Shown here: positions 15,630-30,711 of the stretch, in pieces
How positions within the stretch are numbered: position 1 is the stretch's first letter
Layout of the letters: every line of letters begins with the position of its first letter
Origin: the human T2T-CHM13v2.0 reference genome, Homo sapiens
Reading direction: 5' to 3' (one strand)
Assembly: GCF_009914755.1 (NCBI RefSeq)
Contig: NC_060929.1
DNA length: 64,000 nucleotides
Program-made: the position numbers and the translations under genes
The notes under the pieces: model-generated
What the model was told of the DNA's origin: nothing
The model's input: the letters and a program-made list of their open reading frames with translations, nothing else
Databases searched by the model: none

Positions 15630-16345
15630 ATAGACTGTTTTTAAGGCAGTTTTAGGTTCACAGTAAAATTGAGCAGAAAGTACAGAGCATTCCCATATAT
15701 CCTTTGCCCCCCACAAACACGGAGCCTCCCCTGCTATCAACATCCCACGCCAGAGTGGTACATGCCTTACAATCAATGAATCTACACGGACACATCATTA
15801 TTACTCAAAGACCAGACAGTAGTCCCCCCTTATCCTTAGGGGATACATTCTAAGACCCCCAGTGAATGCCTGAAACCATGGAAAGTACCTATGTTTTTTC
15901 CTATATATACTATGTTTTTTCCTATATATACATACCTATGAGAAAGTTTAATTTATAAATTAGGCACAGTAAGAGATTAACAACAATAATAATCAAACAG
16001 AATAATTATTAACAATATATTATAATAAAAGTTTTATCAATGTGGTCTTTCTCTCAAAATATCTTACTGTACTCCTTGTGATGAGGAAGAGATGAAGCAA
16101 GATGGTGAGAGATTTCATTACACTACTTGGAATGGCATGCAATTTAAAACTTATGAATTGTTTATTTCTGGAACTTTCCATTTAATATTTCTGAACCTTG
16201 GTCAACCATGGGTAACTGTAACCATGGATAGTAAAACTGTGGATAGGGGTGACTAGTGTAATGTAGTTTACATTAGGGCTTACTCTTGGTATATTGTACA
16301 TTCTGTGGATTCTGACAAATGCAGAATGACATATATCCACAACAT
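15630..16345 (-). mobile_element. L1MC-type 3' fragment
   Basis: gcagttttaggttcacagtaaaattgagcagaaagtacagag, continuing after the MER44 as tagtttacattaggg. Confidence 0.7.
15817..16258. mobile_element. MER44 (Tigger7-derived MITE) nested in an L1MC fragment
   Basis: TIRs cagtagtccccccttatcc and ggataggggtgactagtg; flanks join into a continuous L1 3' segment. Confidence 0.8.
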
Positions 16346-16768
16346 ATTTTTAAGAAAAAAGATATGCTAAAGTCTTGGCCCTGCCATTTGTCACTCATCC
16401 AATAGAGACACAATCACATTCATAGAATTCATATTCAGTCTCTGCTATGTAAACTGAAAGAAGAAATGAAAGAAATGCACTTTTCCTGTCTATTTCCTAT
16501 TTCTATTAATCAAGATAGCTGTTGATAATTTTCCCTACAAATATATGGTTATAGCCACAGTCTGAGAGCTGCCTTGCTATACTGGGTAGAGCTAATGTCA
16601 ACAATACCAAAGGAGCCAACGGGTGCTTGAAAGAGGAAAGACTGAATACAACAAAAGATTCAAGAACTAATCTTCAAACATATATAAGAATCATACTACA
16701 TTATGACAAAACAAAGTAAACTCAATCCACCATTGTGTTTCACTGAATCTGATACTATAGACTGTAAG

Positions 16769-17078
16769 TGTATGGCAGACACATCTGATAGCAATAACTT
16801 CAGCATACCCTGAGAATGACCCTGCATGGTAGATGCACCTGATAAGAATAACAACTTAAACATACTCCAAGAATGCTGACACAGCTGATCTACATAAACT
16901 GCATGCTTTTTACAAATGGTAGCAGCTCTCCTGTCCGGCCTGCCACCGCTGGACTTCCCTGTATGTAAGTCCCCTCAGTAAACAGGGTTTAGGTCTCATT
17001 CACTGGCTCTGGGTCGCTTCTTTGGCCTCTTGAACATGGTGCCATCCCTATTGAAGTCAATATGGGTCTGATACGACA
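16769..17078 (+). mobile_element. ERVL-class solo LTR (LTR47-like, internally deleted)
   Basis: TG...CA termini and perfect 5-bp TSD GTAAG (16764-16768, 17079-17083); agcataccctgagaatgaccctg motif. Confidence 0.75.
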
Positions 17079-17122
17079 GTAAGGTACATTATTAGTTATA
17101 CCACTAAGAAAGAAAGTGTTCC

Positions 17123-17453
17123 AGCTGGGTGCGGTGGCTCACTTCTGTAATCCCAGCACTTGTGGAGGCTGAGATGGGCAGATCCCTTGAGGACAGGAGT
17201 TCAAGACAAGCCTGGCCAACATGGTGAAACCCCGTCTCTACTAAAAATACAAAAATTAGCTGGACATGATGGTGTGCACCTATAATCCCAGCTACTCGGG
17301 AGGCTGAGAGTCACTTGAACCCGGGAGGTGGAGGTTGCGATGAGCTGAGATCATGTCACTGCACTCCAGTCTGGGCAACAGAGTGAGACTGTGTCTCAAA
17401 AAAAGAAAAAAAAAAAAAAAAAAAAAAAAAACCAAAACAAAACAAAACAAAAA
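17123..17453 (+). mobile_element. AluS
   Basis: Alu dimer, long A tail. Confidence 0.93.
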
Positions 17454-18209
17454 ACCGTTCCCAATTATAATTGGATGTCATTGATTGTAAGATGTATCCA
17501 GATTTCAGAGTTACTAAAATATGGAGGTGGAAGGAGTGTGCCTCAGAATCTATGAAAGGAGGTATTTCATGTTACACTTCAAGTTATTCCTTGGTTTCAA
17601 GGGCTGATCTAGGCTGTGGTCCCTACATGTAATCCAGTGTCACAGACTCTGGCAGAAGCACAGGCAGAGCTACTCGGCAAAACCAGAGGGCTTCACGTTC
17701 TGTGCCTTTGTTTCATTCCTTTACCAGGAGACACAGCTGGCTGGCAGAATGAAAACTTAAGAGTTGACATTCTCTGCAAAGCACTGTTAGGAAGAAATGT
17801 ATTTACAGGAAAATATCAATGTGAAATATAATTTTTAGAAAAATCTAGAATAAAAATGTATGCTAGCCGTAGGAACTCATTATCATTTTTCTGACTCGGT
17901 ATTATATAAGCTAGCTTCTGATAATTGTTTCCAATTTTATCTCTAATTGTTTTCCTTTTTTCCACTAATAACGGTGAAAACTTCCATAAGAACCTTCTTA
18001 GCCTCTGAGAGCACACCTGCCATGATGCCTTTCTTAGAAACAAATTTTCCCTGATGGAATACATTAACACCCTAAAACAAAATAAAAATCAAAAAGCTCC
18101 TTTATAACAAGTGCCTGTGCTCAACAAACATCTCTAGCCTAAGGCCTCCTCCTATCTATGTGCGAAACTCACCACTTGACAATTTACCCAATTAATTCCC
18201 TTTGGCCTT

Positions 18210-18600
18210 CTGTAGGGGACACTACTGGTGTCTCACCCAGATCCCCTATCCTTTACCTGGCAGTGGACCCATCCCCGGATGTTGGGAATTGGCCACTAAT
18301 GGCTCACAGCTGTCTTCTTGCCAGGGAGACCTACTCCCAGCCATTATGCATCGGTGAAACTCATCTGATGCATCCACCATAGTTCCAGTCAGCACGAAGC
18401 CACTGGCTGATTTTATACACTGGGGTGTGTAAGATCAGTGTCCCTGCCTCCAAGTGGGACCACTGTGGTACAATTCATGCTCCAGAGTTCTCCCTGGGAT
18501 CAGGGTGAAGCCAGTCTCCAGTGGGGACCACATCCTCTATGCACTTTTCCCCACCACCTATCCTGCTTCCTCCCACACAGGTTTTGTTTCTAGAGAACTC
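18210..18600 (+). mobile_element. LTR16-like ERVL LTR
   Basis: cacccagatcccct, taatggctcacagctg and caattcatgctccagag motifs. Confidence 0.65.
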
Positions 18601-19831
18601 CATTTAGGACAGCTTCTAATCATCTATTTCTCAGACATCAACAATAGCATGTGGTTTGTTCCTTCTCTTTCCCATCCTTCCCAAAATCTAGGATTGTCAA
18701 TTGTTTACTTGTGCTTATTGCTCGAATGTGTTAATCTTGGATGGTATCTATTATTTAGCAAAAATTTAAAAGCATCTCATAGGGCACCTAAATAATGGAG
18801 GACTAGACATTTTATGTGTCTTCTTGGCAAAGCATTCTTTTTTTTTTTTTTTTTTTTTTTTTGCTAAAAACACACCAGCCTGGGCTGAGGCATCCACTGA
18901 AATGCCTTCTATTTCCACCAACAGTTCCCGGACTTGAGTCCTCAAGCCAGTGCTGAGGCAGGTGGGAAGAGAGAGGGCCCAGGTAATGATAGCTCTGTCA
19001 GTGAGACAAAGTGAGAAAGTTTCATTTAGCCCAACAATTATGGTAATTTGAGGAAAGAACACAGGGTTTAAAGCCATGCAGACTTGAGTTGGAATCTGCT
19101 TCTATCACTTAAGCGCTGAGTGGCCTTGGCTAAAATACTTATTCTCCCTAAAATAACCCAACTGATTTGAGAAGCAAGGTAGGTAGTGCACAGGGCACGA
19201 AGCAGTGGCTGGCTGACAGGCGCTTGAAAGCAAGGATTTTTGCCGCTTTTGTTTACTGCTGTTCACCTACCCCCTTGTTGCCAAGGCGACATCGTAAACA
19301 CTCCATTATTTGTTGAATGAACGAATGAATTGGCTATTTTCTACCACGAACTTAAGTGTCCATACTAATTACATGAACTAATTTTTAAAGAAACACTTCT
19401 TAAAATCACATTTTACCTGCAAGATATTATTGCTTGTAAGAAATGCCATTGATTTCATGTTTTTAATGACCACATTAAATATACACATTATTTGAAAATC
19501 ATCCCAATTTCAAGAAACATTCAAAAGTATGAAAAAAGCTGCAGAATTGAGGACATGAGCTACATTCATATTACTAGCACTTTGTTATCCCCATCTGGAG
19601 CAAACGTTTCCCCCAGTGTGTTCACTGCTTAGTTCCATGTTTTCTTTTGATACCAGAAACATTCAGTTATCATGCAGTCTGTCAATCATTTTATGGAGTT
19701 TGTTTCTATGCTTTTGGATTTGCCATTCTTACCCCGCCATAGATAGGATAAATTTGTTCTAATTTATGGCTTCACTTGCACACTTTTTAATCTTCCTGAA
19801 ACTTATGAAGTGAGTTATGGATTAAAACTAA

Positions 19832-20237
<406 letters not shown>

Positions 20238-20417
20238 TGAATGTAAGCTCCAGGAAGCAGAGACCTTTGTTTCACTGCTACATCCCCAGACCTACAACAT
20301 GGGGGGTGGTAGGGCATCTCAAGATAGATGATCAATAAATATTTGGAAGAATGAAGTAAAACGTATACAAATAGAATAAACATTTACTGTGATATGTACT
20401 GAAGACAAAAAAAAAAT

Positions 20418-21022
20418 ACATAGGTGCCCCTTATTCACAGAAAGTATGATTCAAGACCCCCAGTGGATGCCTGAAACCTCGGATAGTACCCAACTCTATA
20501 TATACTATGTTTTTTCCTATACATACACACACATAAGTCCCCTTTTTTTTTCTTTTTTTGAGATGGGGTCTTCCTCTGTCACCCAAGCTGTAGAACTGTG
20601 GCAAAATCACAGCTCACCCTGCAGCCTCAACCTCCTGAGCTCAAGTGATCCTCCTGCCTCAGCCTCCTGAGTAGCTGGGACTACAGGTGTGCACCATCAC
20701 ATTTGGTTAATTTTTTACTTTTATTAATTTTTTTGTAGAGATGGGGTCTTGCTGTGTGGCCCAGGCTGGTCTTGGCTGAACTCCCGGGCTCAAGTGATCC
20801 TTCTGCCTCTGCCTCCCAAAGCATGATAAAGTCTAATTTATAAATTAGGCACAGTAAAAGTAACAACAATAACAATAAAATAGGACAATTATAACAATAT
20901 ACTGTAATAAAAGTTATGTCAATGTGGTCTCTCTCTCAAAATACTGCACAATTTTCAGACTGTGATTGACTGCAGGTAGCTGAACCTGCAGACGTGAACC
21001 CATGGATAAGGGGGCCTACTAT
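20418..21022. mobile_element. MER44A-like MITE interrupted by an Alu
   Basis: Shares aagacccccagtg.atgcctgaaacc and aatttataaattaggcacagtaa with the 15817 copy; ends ggataagggggcctacta. Confidence 0.8.
20543..20822 (-). mobile_element. AluJ (5'-truncated) inside MER44
   Basis: Reverse Alu splitting the MER44 sequence. Confidence 0.9.
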
Positions 21023-21049
21023 GTGCCAATGGCTGGACATTTTTTGCAG

Positions 21050-21950
21050 GAGCTTATTTAGGTAGACAAGGCAGCCCCTCTAAAGAGGTGACGTTTGAGC
21101 TGGGACCCAAAGACCAAGAGTGAGCCAGGTGCATAAAGAGCTGGAGGCAGGTACAGGCCTGCAGGAGGGCTTAGTATATTTAAGGAACAGAAGGGAGGCC
21201 AGTAAGAGAAATAGAGAGGTGTAGAAGGTGGGTTTGGACAAGCAGGCAATGCTGAGATGATTCTAGGTGGCAGTGAAGAACATGTGTTTTGCTGCAAGAG
21301 CAGTGGGAAGCCATTAAAGGTCTGGGCAGAGGCAGGACAGGGGCTGCCACTGGCCTTTGTGATAGAAGTGGGCTGGAGAGGGATGCGAGCCACAGAGGCC
21401 AAGGGCCCTGTGGTAACCCAGGCCAGACAAGGTGCGGCTTGGCCGAGGGTGAGTAGTGGAGAGGGAGAGTGGCCTGACTGGAGAGCTTGTGGGAAGGAAA
21501 GCAAATGGGTGTGGCAGGGACTACACTTGGCTTGGGTCCCAACGCCTGGCTCATGCTTCCCACGTTTCTTCCCAGGGAGCAGAGTGTGGGCAGGGGGCCG
21601 CCCCCCGCATCCTCCTGGGCATGAGAAAGAGGGAGAACCTGATGATGACTGCTGAGCTTTCTGGCTTGAGTCACTGATCAAGTGCTGCAGCAATTTTCTG
21701 GGTTGAGGAAATGAGAGAGGGAAGGTTTGAGAGGAAAAAGCAAGAGCGCCATTGGCAGCCTCATGTTGGATTTGAGATGCCCATTAGGATTCCAAATAGA
21801 GAAGTTGTATGAGAGAGTCAGCTCTGTGAGTCTGGAGTCTGGAGGGTCGGTCTGGGCTATGGATATACATTTGGAGGTCATTGGCCTACAGATAGAATTT
21901 AAAGCTAGGGGACTGAACAAGATCATCTAGAAAGAACAGAGATAGGAAAA
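21050..21950 (-). mobile_element. L2 fragments
   Basis: gggaagccattaaagg, tttgagatgccc and gatatacatttggaggtcattggc motifs. Confidence 0.65.
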
Positions 21951-22484
21951 AAGAGTCCACGATTTGGCCCCACAGCACACTAGGAGTAAATCTAAACACA
22001 TGAAGGATGTGGCGAGCCTTCTATGTCATGCCAGCGTTGTGACAGTGCTGTAGTTCAGTTACTTAGATAGGAAGTGCTCTTCAGGTAATGTCAGTCCCAA
22101 ATACTGCTGCATCTCTAGCCAAGACCAGGAAGAAGGTGCTGTGTCTGGTAAAGAGGAATAGCTATGGTCATGAAATTCAGCAAAGAAAGTGTCTAGGATG
22201 TCTCCAGCATGAATTAGGCCTCGAGGCAGACGGCCAAGACATTCACCAGGGCAGAGGTTCACTGTTTAAAGGCGAGTCTCTAAACATTCATGGGGTTTTC
22301 AAAGTAAAGACACTTTAGATTAGAGCCAGATTTAACAGCACTCCAACAACTGTGAATATGAAGCCGCCCTTTAATCACAGCCTGGGTCTGGCCCCAGGTG
22401 CATGGCACAAGGCATTTCAGATCAGTCTTCTCTACACAATGGGCACTTAGCGATGTGGAATGGCTGACTTAAAAACATATCTGG

Positions 22485-22861
<377 letters not shown>

Positions 22862-23839
22862 CTACCAGGTTCACTGTGTTCTGTTGCCTGATTTTTTTTC
22901 CACAGTAAGTTAACAAAACCACAGGATATTAAAAAGTAAAAAATATAACCTCCACGGAAATGTTTACCAAATCCCACAGACATGAACTGATCTCCCTGGT
23001 ATGAGCTGTCTAGATCATTAAATCCTAAAAGAGACGCCAACATTGTAAACTTCAGATCTAGAGACCAGAAATATCTTTATACTGTAGTCTGAGATTCCTC
23101 AGGACAGGAGGCACCAATTCACCCCAATCCTGCCAGTCATTTTATGCTAATGCTAGCAACAAGCATTCCTTGCAAGTGGGAAGGAGTGCTGTGCCCCTGG
23201 GGCACGGGTCCAGGTGGTAACCCCTCCTCGCTGAGAGGAGGTCTGGTGTACAAGCTGCTCAGCTCATCTCCTGTCTGGGAAACCTATGAAGCACTGATGT
23301 GTAGACAGATTATCTTTTGGGGTTCAGTACATAAGTTGGGCCCATGAGCCCACCCCGGCCACAGTAACAGAGTGGTCCCCTAGTCTGATTCCTCTGGGCC
23401 TTTGGAGGAGAATGTCCCTTTCCATGCTTCCTGCAGGTTCCATCATGGTTATAAGGCCCTGGGCAAAAGCCCTGCAGTCCCGCTCCAGTGAACAGCACCT
23501 CCCTGCCTCTGCCACTTGTGTTACCTCCACCTGAGATGGCACTGCATGGCCTTTGACTGCTGCTGTCACCCAGCAGCTGAAATTCCTGGCAACCCCAGAG
23601 CTGGGCAACAGGAAGGTGAGGGCACATGCAGCACCCGGCCTGGGGTCATCCTGATCCTCGCAGTCCTGGAGGTAGCTGTGCATTCTTGCTGTCCACACCA
23701 TTCCAGCCAATGCCTCTCTGCTCTCCTGTAAACTCCCTGCTTTTTTGAGATTCACACGCCTAGCCATATTGCTCTCTCATCTTAGAGTTCCAAATGGAGA
23801 ATTGATCCCTTCTAGCCCCTTAGATTTTCACTGGGGACC

Positions 23840-25085
23840 CTGCCACTTGGCTCAGAGTCTCCTCTGCATCTCAACTCTGCAGGGAAGGCATGTCAATATC
23901 CGTCTGGTCAGCCCACCCAATGCCCTCTGAGTTCTTTGACCTCCTCCGCGCCAGTGACCTCTACTCTGCTTCAAGTGCACACTCTTGTGGCCACACCTTT
24001 GCCTCCACCATCCAGAGTTGCTCCCCTTCTCAAATTTCAGTTAAAATCTCCGGCTGCAATTTCTAACCTTTCAGCTCTATTTCTCCCACTCCCTCGATTC
24101 TAAACTTCATTAAGCTTGTCACTCTCTCGACTCCCCACTTTCCCTCTCATCGCTCCTCCTGTCTTCCCTTCCTTACTACTGCAGCCTACACTTCAGGGTC
24201 ATCACTTAACCCCACTCTTGCCAAAACCTGCAACTCACTGCCTGCAAATCTCTAGCCTTGGATTCACCTGACTGACCTATTCCACCCTTAACGGTATTTG
24301 TAGAATTCTACTTGGGCTTTGAGAGTTGCTGGAAACGAATACACAGCCACACGGTCTGCTGCCACTGCACAATCATGGTCTCCAACGCCCCCTGCATGCT
24401 GTCAGCTGCCCAGTTACCCCTCTAGTCTTTCCCATTCCCTGCTCTCAGTACTCCTAGGCTGGGAAGACTTTGAGATGCATTCCTTCTTACTCAGCAGATA
24501 ACCTCACCTCTTATCCATCTGGAATGTGGAACCCATCAGGTAGAAACTAAATTTCTTATTGCTTCTCTCTCTGAAACTACAAAACTCAACAAAACACATC
24601 TGACCTAAGCTCTTCCTCACCTCCTCCCTCCTGTCACAAAGGAAAGGCGGGCCTGACCAGGGTGAGTGTGGGGCCATCCATCTGGGGCTCTACCTTTATG
24701 TTCCTCTGACCATTTCAGGAGCCCTGTTCAAATCCACCATCTTCCTCTCATTTTTGTCTGATCTTTGCTACTTGACTGGCCTTCCCATCAATGTTTACAC
24801 AGGCAAAAGTCTCCTCCATCCTAAAAAAGAAACCCTCTCTTGACTCCCAACGTCCTCTAGTTCCCACCCTCTTTCTTGTCTTCCCTCCTCTGTGCTCTGC
24901 AGCCCCCTGTGCAGATCCGAGACTCTGTTATCGCCCTCGTCAAGGTGTACAGCAGTTACCTGCTTACCTGACTGCCCATATCACCAGTCTGTTACCTCCT
25001 TGAGGCAGGGACTGGGCGTATTTGTCACCAGTTTTTCTGCATTTACTTAGCACAATGCTTGAAACCCAATACATGCACAAATGAA
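23840..25085 (+). mobile_element. L2 remnant
   Basis: Pyrimidine-rich decayed L2 body and 3' end (ccttgaggcagggactg...ttagcacaatgcttg...aatgaatg). Confidence 0.55.
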
Positions 25086-25646
25086 TGTGTATTAACTGTG
25101 ATACAAAACTTATGTCTGGTCATTCATAAATAAAATCTTCTAACTGTAGGTTTAGACTTCTGGATGAAAAACCCATACTTTTTGGGGTAGAATCTATGAA
25201 CTTAAAATATGCAAAGTGCTGACAATGTCACTGTACCTATTCATGTAGTTCTGATCGTTTCTCAATAGATGGGTAGGTCTTCCATGACTACTTCCACCAA
25301 GCCACACTGAGCACCCAGTTGGCTGCTTAACTGTAGACACACGGACATGAACAGAATGCAGCAATGGGACACATAATTAGCCTCCTTGGTGTAAAGCGAA
25401 AGTAAAGATTTTTTTCAACTCTTTTTGGATGTCAATTGGGATAGAGGACAAGCTGTTCCATTATGGAGTCAAATCTTGTAACAGAAGTTAGTTGCCATGA
25501 GGAAGAAATCAGAAGTTCACATTCAAAGGATAACAGCTTTTTTTTTTTTTTTTCTGACCAGGCCCTGGAGAAGCTGAGTGTGCCGCTGACAGAGAACCAC
25601 GTTTCACTGTGAATGAACGGTGCCTGGATGGGCGACAGGGCATTCA

Positions 25647-26045
<399 letters not shown>

Positions 26046-27729
26046 ATCATGTTTCTCATATGGAAACAGCTTTTCAAATTCTTCCACAAAAAAGGGTGTC
26101 CAGTTGAAAGCTGATACTGTTCCCTAAAATAGCAAGAGATTATTATGTGAAATGCTGAAAGTTGCATTTTTGACTTTCAGTAAGATGAATACTTCCTTTA
26201 CTTGCCTCATCCTAGACTAGAAAAAACAATGATACCTAAGAGCCAGGTAATTATTTTGTCTCGTTCAGAACCAGCCTGGGCTGCCATCTATCTAATCCTT
26301 TTGATAAAAGACAACTCCTCCGTCTACAGCTTCAATGATCTCATTATACTTACGATGACATCAAGGAAACTGACCATTGTAGTAGACGAAATCTAGTTTT
26401 AAAATGTGCCTTACACCCTAAGTCGTCAGAAAATGTACATGTGTGGACCCGTGGAAAAGTCAGACGTACATGTGCAGGCACAGTTACCTGTGGGAAGAGC
26501 TTCTTCCAAAGACATGGAGAATCAGCAATTTCGGATTTTGGTCCTCTCAAGGAGCCTGGGTTCCTGTAATTTTCCACTGTTATTGTTCTGTTGGTCTGAG
26601 TTTTGAAAAGTGGCTTGGGTTAAATTGGATCATTTGTCTTCCCGGTAGTTTTCCAGCCATGCTTTATTTTCCCAGGGATCTATACAGCTCTAAATGAGAC
26701 TCCCTCACTCTGTTTAGCTAGAGCTTCAGCCAAGAACTTCACGCCCACACATGAGGTTGTGGTTCAGGGGGAGCAGCAGTCAAACGGAACCTGGTCCCTT
26801 CAGGAGTCAAAGTGACTGCTCTGTGTGGTGCTGTCCATATTTAGTGCTTCCTGAAAACCCCAAGACAACATTGGGCAAGTCCAAAATACAACAGTGGTGT
26901 TTTCAGTCACCTCCCACACCTGGAGAGGAGCTTCCATTAAGAATAGGGACAAACAACCAAGCACGGTACAACGATGTTTGGCTAACTCACCTTTCTCCTG
27001 TTGGTGTCTTCAATATGTCAGGAGAAAACAAAAAGCATTTTCCTGTATGACCTCTTAATATGAAAATATGCTCCATCATGAAAGGGTAGACTTAGTGTCA
27101 TAAGACCCTCTTTGAATCCTCCTGATCTCTCATGAAACATGAAGCTTATTCACCCAGCTAAATTTAACCTCAATTCAAGATGGTAGAAGGCCTGACAAGA
27201 AAGGATTGCTACCATGAAAGTTGTAGTGTATTTAAACCCCAAAGCTTCCTGTGCCATTTAAGAATGCTTATTCCCCACCTCAATCTCACAGCTTTACTAC
27301 ATTTCCTAATTTTTTATACTTACAAAGAGAGATGGTTCTCAAATGATACTGCTTAGTTAACATCTCAAGATTCTGTCCAGATTTTGAAACAGCACCACCA
27401 ACTCCAGAAACAACAATCTGGAATACAGGTTTACGTCTGGGATCCTGGGAGTCTTTTAACCAACTCTCCCTACCTACTATCTCCCTGCTTGGTAGTAGAT
27501 TTTTTTCTTGATGACCCCAGTGCCTTAACTGTGGCTGTGGACCCTAAGCAGCTCAGAATCTCCATTCCTTCTTCTGACTTAAGTGCAACTTCAAGCTGTG
27601 TCGTCTACTGCCTTCCATGGACGTTTATAAGTGTGTTTACACTAAGCAAAAAAAGAGTGAAGGCCAATTTGCATTTGGACCTTAAGAAATCCAGTGACCA
27701 TGATAATGATGATGATGATCTCAGCAACT

Positions 27730-27935
27730 AGCACTGACTGAGTGCTCACCCTGTGGCAGACAGTATTCTAAGATCTTACCTTCCCCTGACAACACTGTGA
27801 GGGAGATATTTTTATTCCCCAGTTTACTGGGGAGGAAACTGATGTATGGAGAGGCGAAATCACTCATCCAGGGTGGACACAAAGCTCAGAGAAAAATCCA
27901 GAGAGCTTGGCTTCACAGCTAGCGATCCTAACCCT
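27730..27935 (-). mobile_element. MIR
   Basis: attccccagtttactggggaggaaactga core. Confidence 0.6.
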
Positions 27936-28769
27936 CATTCTATTATACTAAAACCAAAGTAAAGTAAAACCCTTTACTTTGAATTAGAGATTATAGTTGA
28001 TGCTAAATTCTGTCTACTAGCAATACTTTAAACAGAGAGGACTAGCTATCAGATCAAAGAGGACTTTTGACTAAAGACTATCTTTACAAAAAATTCCAAA
28101 GATCCTAAAGATTATTTTTTAAACAGTACTATACAACAAGCATTACGGCGCAGATGTAAAGGCTGAACTGAGTGTGACTAAAGACGTATTTAATATATCT
28201 GAGCCATGCCAAGAAAATGAGAATAAAAGAAATCAGGTCAATTATATTGTGCAATCATGACTGTGAAGCTTGGTGAAGAGTTTGAAACCTGTAAATCCAG
28301 CACCACGCAGGCCATCTTGCAAAGCTCATGCACCTGCTCATTGTCACCAGTGCAGTGGGGATGCCAAGTGAACCTCTATAGCGGCCTACTGAAGATGAGG
28401 ACAAGAACCTCTAGGGGCTCCTTTTGTACATGGCAGAGTGTATTATACAAGGATCTTTAACTCTTCCAAAGTTTTCTTCACTTCTCAGCTGTGGGGTTCA
28501 TTTACTTCTGCATGAGGGATCCGTTAGAACTCACTATTGGTATTTATGTAACTGGCACGCATCAAGTTTTGTGAATGAGTTCTAAGGGTCTGGGGCACTT
28601 GATCTGGTTGTTTTTAGGAGGTGAGAGAGAGTTAAAAGCAGTCATTAAACAAGTTAGTCTGCTCAGCCCATGACCAGTCTCACTGAGCCATTTGTTAGGA
28701 ATCAGTAACACTGCCTATAACTATCAGGACAAGAGAAGACACTGTGGCACAGAAGAGGGTCGCCACCAT

Positions 28770-28772
<3 letters not shown>

Positions 28773-28821
<49 letters not shown>

Positions 28822-28826
28822 ACACA
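28773..28826. repeat. (CA)n microsatellite
   Basis: More than 20 uninterrupted CA units. Confidence 0.97.
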
Positions 28827-30711
28827 TGGAGATAGGAATCTCAGCAAAATTAAAATAGCACTATTTTACTTAATTGTGACAAGGCTGTCTTCAGCATTTG
28901 CTTTGCTGTGTGCAAGTAGGAATGTCATTACCTTGCCATCCCATGCTACTGTTATTGGTTTAAATTATTGATGCACAGTATTCTATTGATGCACAGTATT
29001 CTAGTTGAAGTAAAATTGTCTCAAGGAATTAAGCTGTTTAGAACACAATACAAGAAAGGACAAAGGATATGATCATGGCACCCCAAAAATTTGCAGAGTC
29101 AACAGTGTCACTGGTTGTAACAGCAATTTAAGAATTATATGTCCTGAATTTATTTTGTCTTTACAATGATATCCATGGTTTATACCTAAGGTTTTTCACC
29201 TTAAATAGTGACATGATAATGTAATAAGCTAGAGAATAACGTGAATAAAATTAAAGTGCTTTGAAAATTGCTAAAGATGGGAAAATGAATTCATTTTTAT
29301 CACTTGCTATTTCATGCATACGTGATACAGGAGGTAGTAAGTGCCCATGCTGTGCTTTCACTCTGTAAATCCAGATTCACTATGACTCAGACCTTGTTTC
29401 TGAAAATTAGAGCAGCTGAAGAGTTGTCTTGCTCCAGCCCTTTCACCTACACGGGTAAGGGGACCAAGGAGACCCAGTGAAAGGAGGCAGCTTTGTCCTC
29501 CACCTTGCCCTCAGGGCCCTGGTAGAGGCTGCAGCATCAGAAGGCGTATTTGTTGGTGGAGTACATGAATTCATCCAAGAAACATTTACAGAACCCATGA
29601 AGAATAACAACCTCTTACATAGGCGGTACTGCACATTCTTGAACATGACTTCACATGTTACCTTATTGGTTTTATCTAACAAGGTAACAAGGTAAGTTTT
29701 ATCTAACAACATAATAGGGTAACAACTAAAAATTCCCATGATGTGGATAAGGAAATTGAGGCTCAAAAAGATTCCATGCCCTGCCCTAGGTTCCTGGTTA
29801 ATATACGGTGCTACCAAATAGAACCAGTGAGACTGCCAGCCTGCCTGGTGCTCCTTCCTCTGCACCTCAACACTGGACTGAAGAGGGTGGGGCGGCAGGG
29901 GCAGGATAAACACGTCTCTACCATCATCAGACTAGCAAAGCTGGTGAGTGGCGGTGCACGGCCTCACACAGAAATGCTTTATTACCTACCCAGGCAATTA
30001 AGTAGGAAAAATAATTATCATTAAAAGAAGTGGTTATTTTAAAGTCATGGCTACCTAGTTTGGGGAACTGTAGTGCCCTCATAAAGAACGTAAGTCATGT
30101 GGTTGGAGGCATTTCCCTCTAAACAGAGTAAGGAGCAGGGTCATGGTATCTAGTGACAGAGTGTTGGCCTGGCCAACCTCTACCTGGAAGTCTGGGTAAA
30201 GAAATCCTACAGGACAAGCAGTGCAAGAACTGCCAGGACTGAAGCTTCCAAGGAGCTCCCCAAAGGAAAGGAAGGTAACTCAGTGATGGATCACTCTTCT
30301 CTGCCTTCTAATTCTCACCTAAAATGAGCAAGTGAGGCCCTAGAAAAGGCACTTGCTGAAGTTAGTACAACCCCCAATCAAGGCTCCAACGACTCTGGAC
30401 AGAGGAATATTTGAGATGTGCCCACCAATAGCAGGACAGTGGACTGTGGAAAGCTCCACTGGTCAGCGCTCTTCCAGTGACTCTGGATACCACCTTCAAT
30501 CTGCCGCGTGCGGTGGCTTGGACTTTTCCTTCATTTCTGCTCATTTTTCTGACAGCTGAGGTCTGAGAGCAGACAGTGAAGCTCTCCCCCAAAATATCCA
30601 CTGCCCAAACACAGTTATTTAAGCCTTTTTGAGATCTGTGAGAATTCTACTCAGAGACCTCAAAACAAAAAAGACGAATATCCATAGGTACAAGTACTAA
30701 ATCCTACCAGG

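Larger units (their letters stand above)
16733..17562. mobile_element. Old Tc2-type MITE (MER104-like) hosting the LTR and an Alu
   Basis: Degenerate inverted ends (gtgtttcactgaatct / agaatctatgaaagg) and internal gattgtaagatgtatccagatttcagag. Confidence 0.45.

Noticed and set aside
21058-21693. Overlapping 211-, 164- and 132-aa ORFs
   Set aside because: They overlap decayed L2 sequence, are low in complexity and show no recognisable domain.
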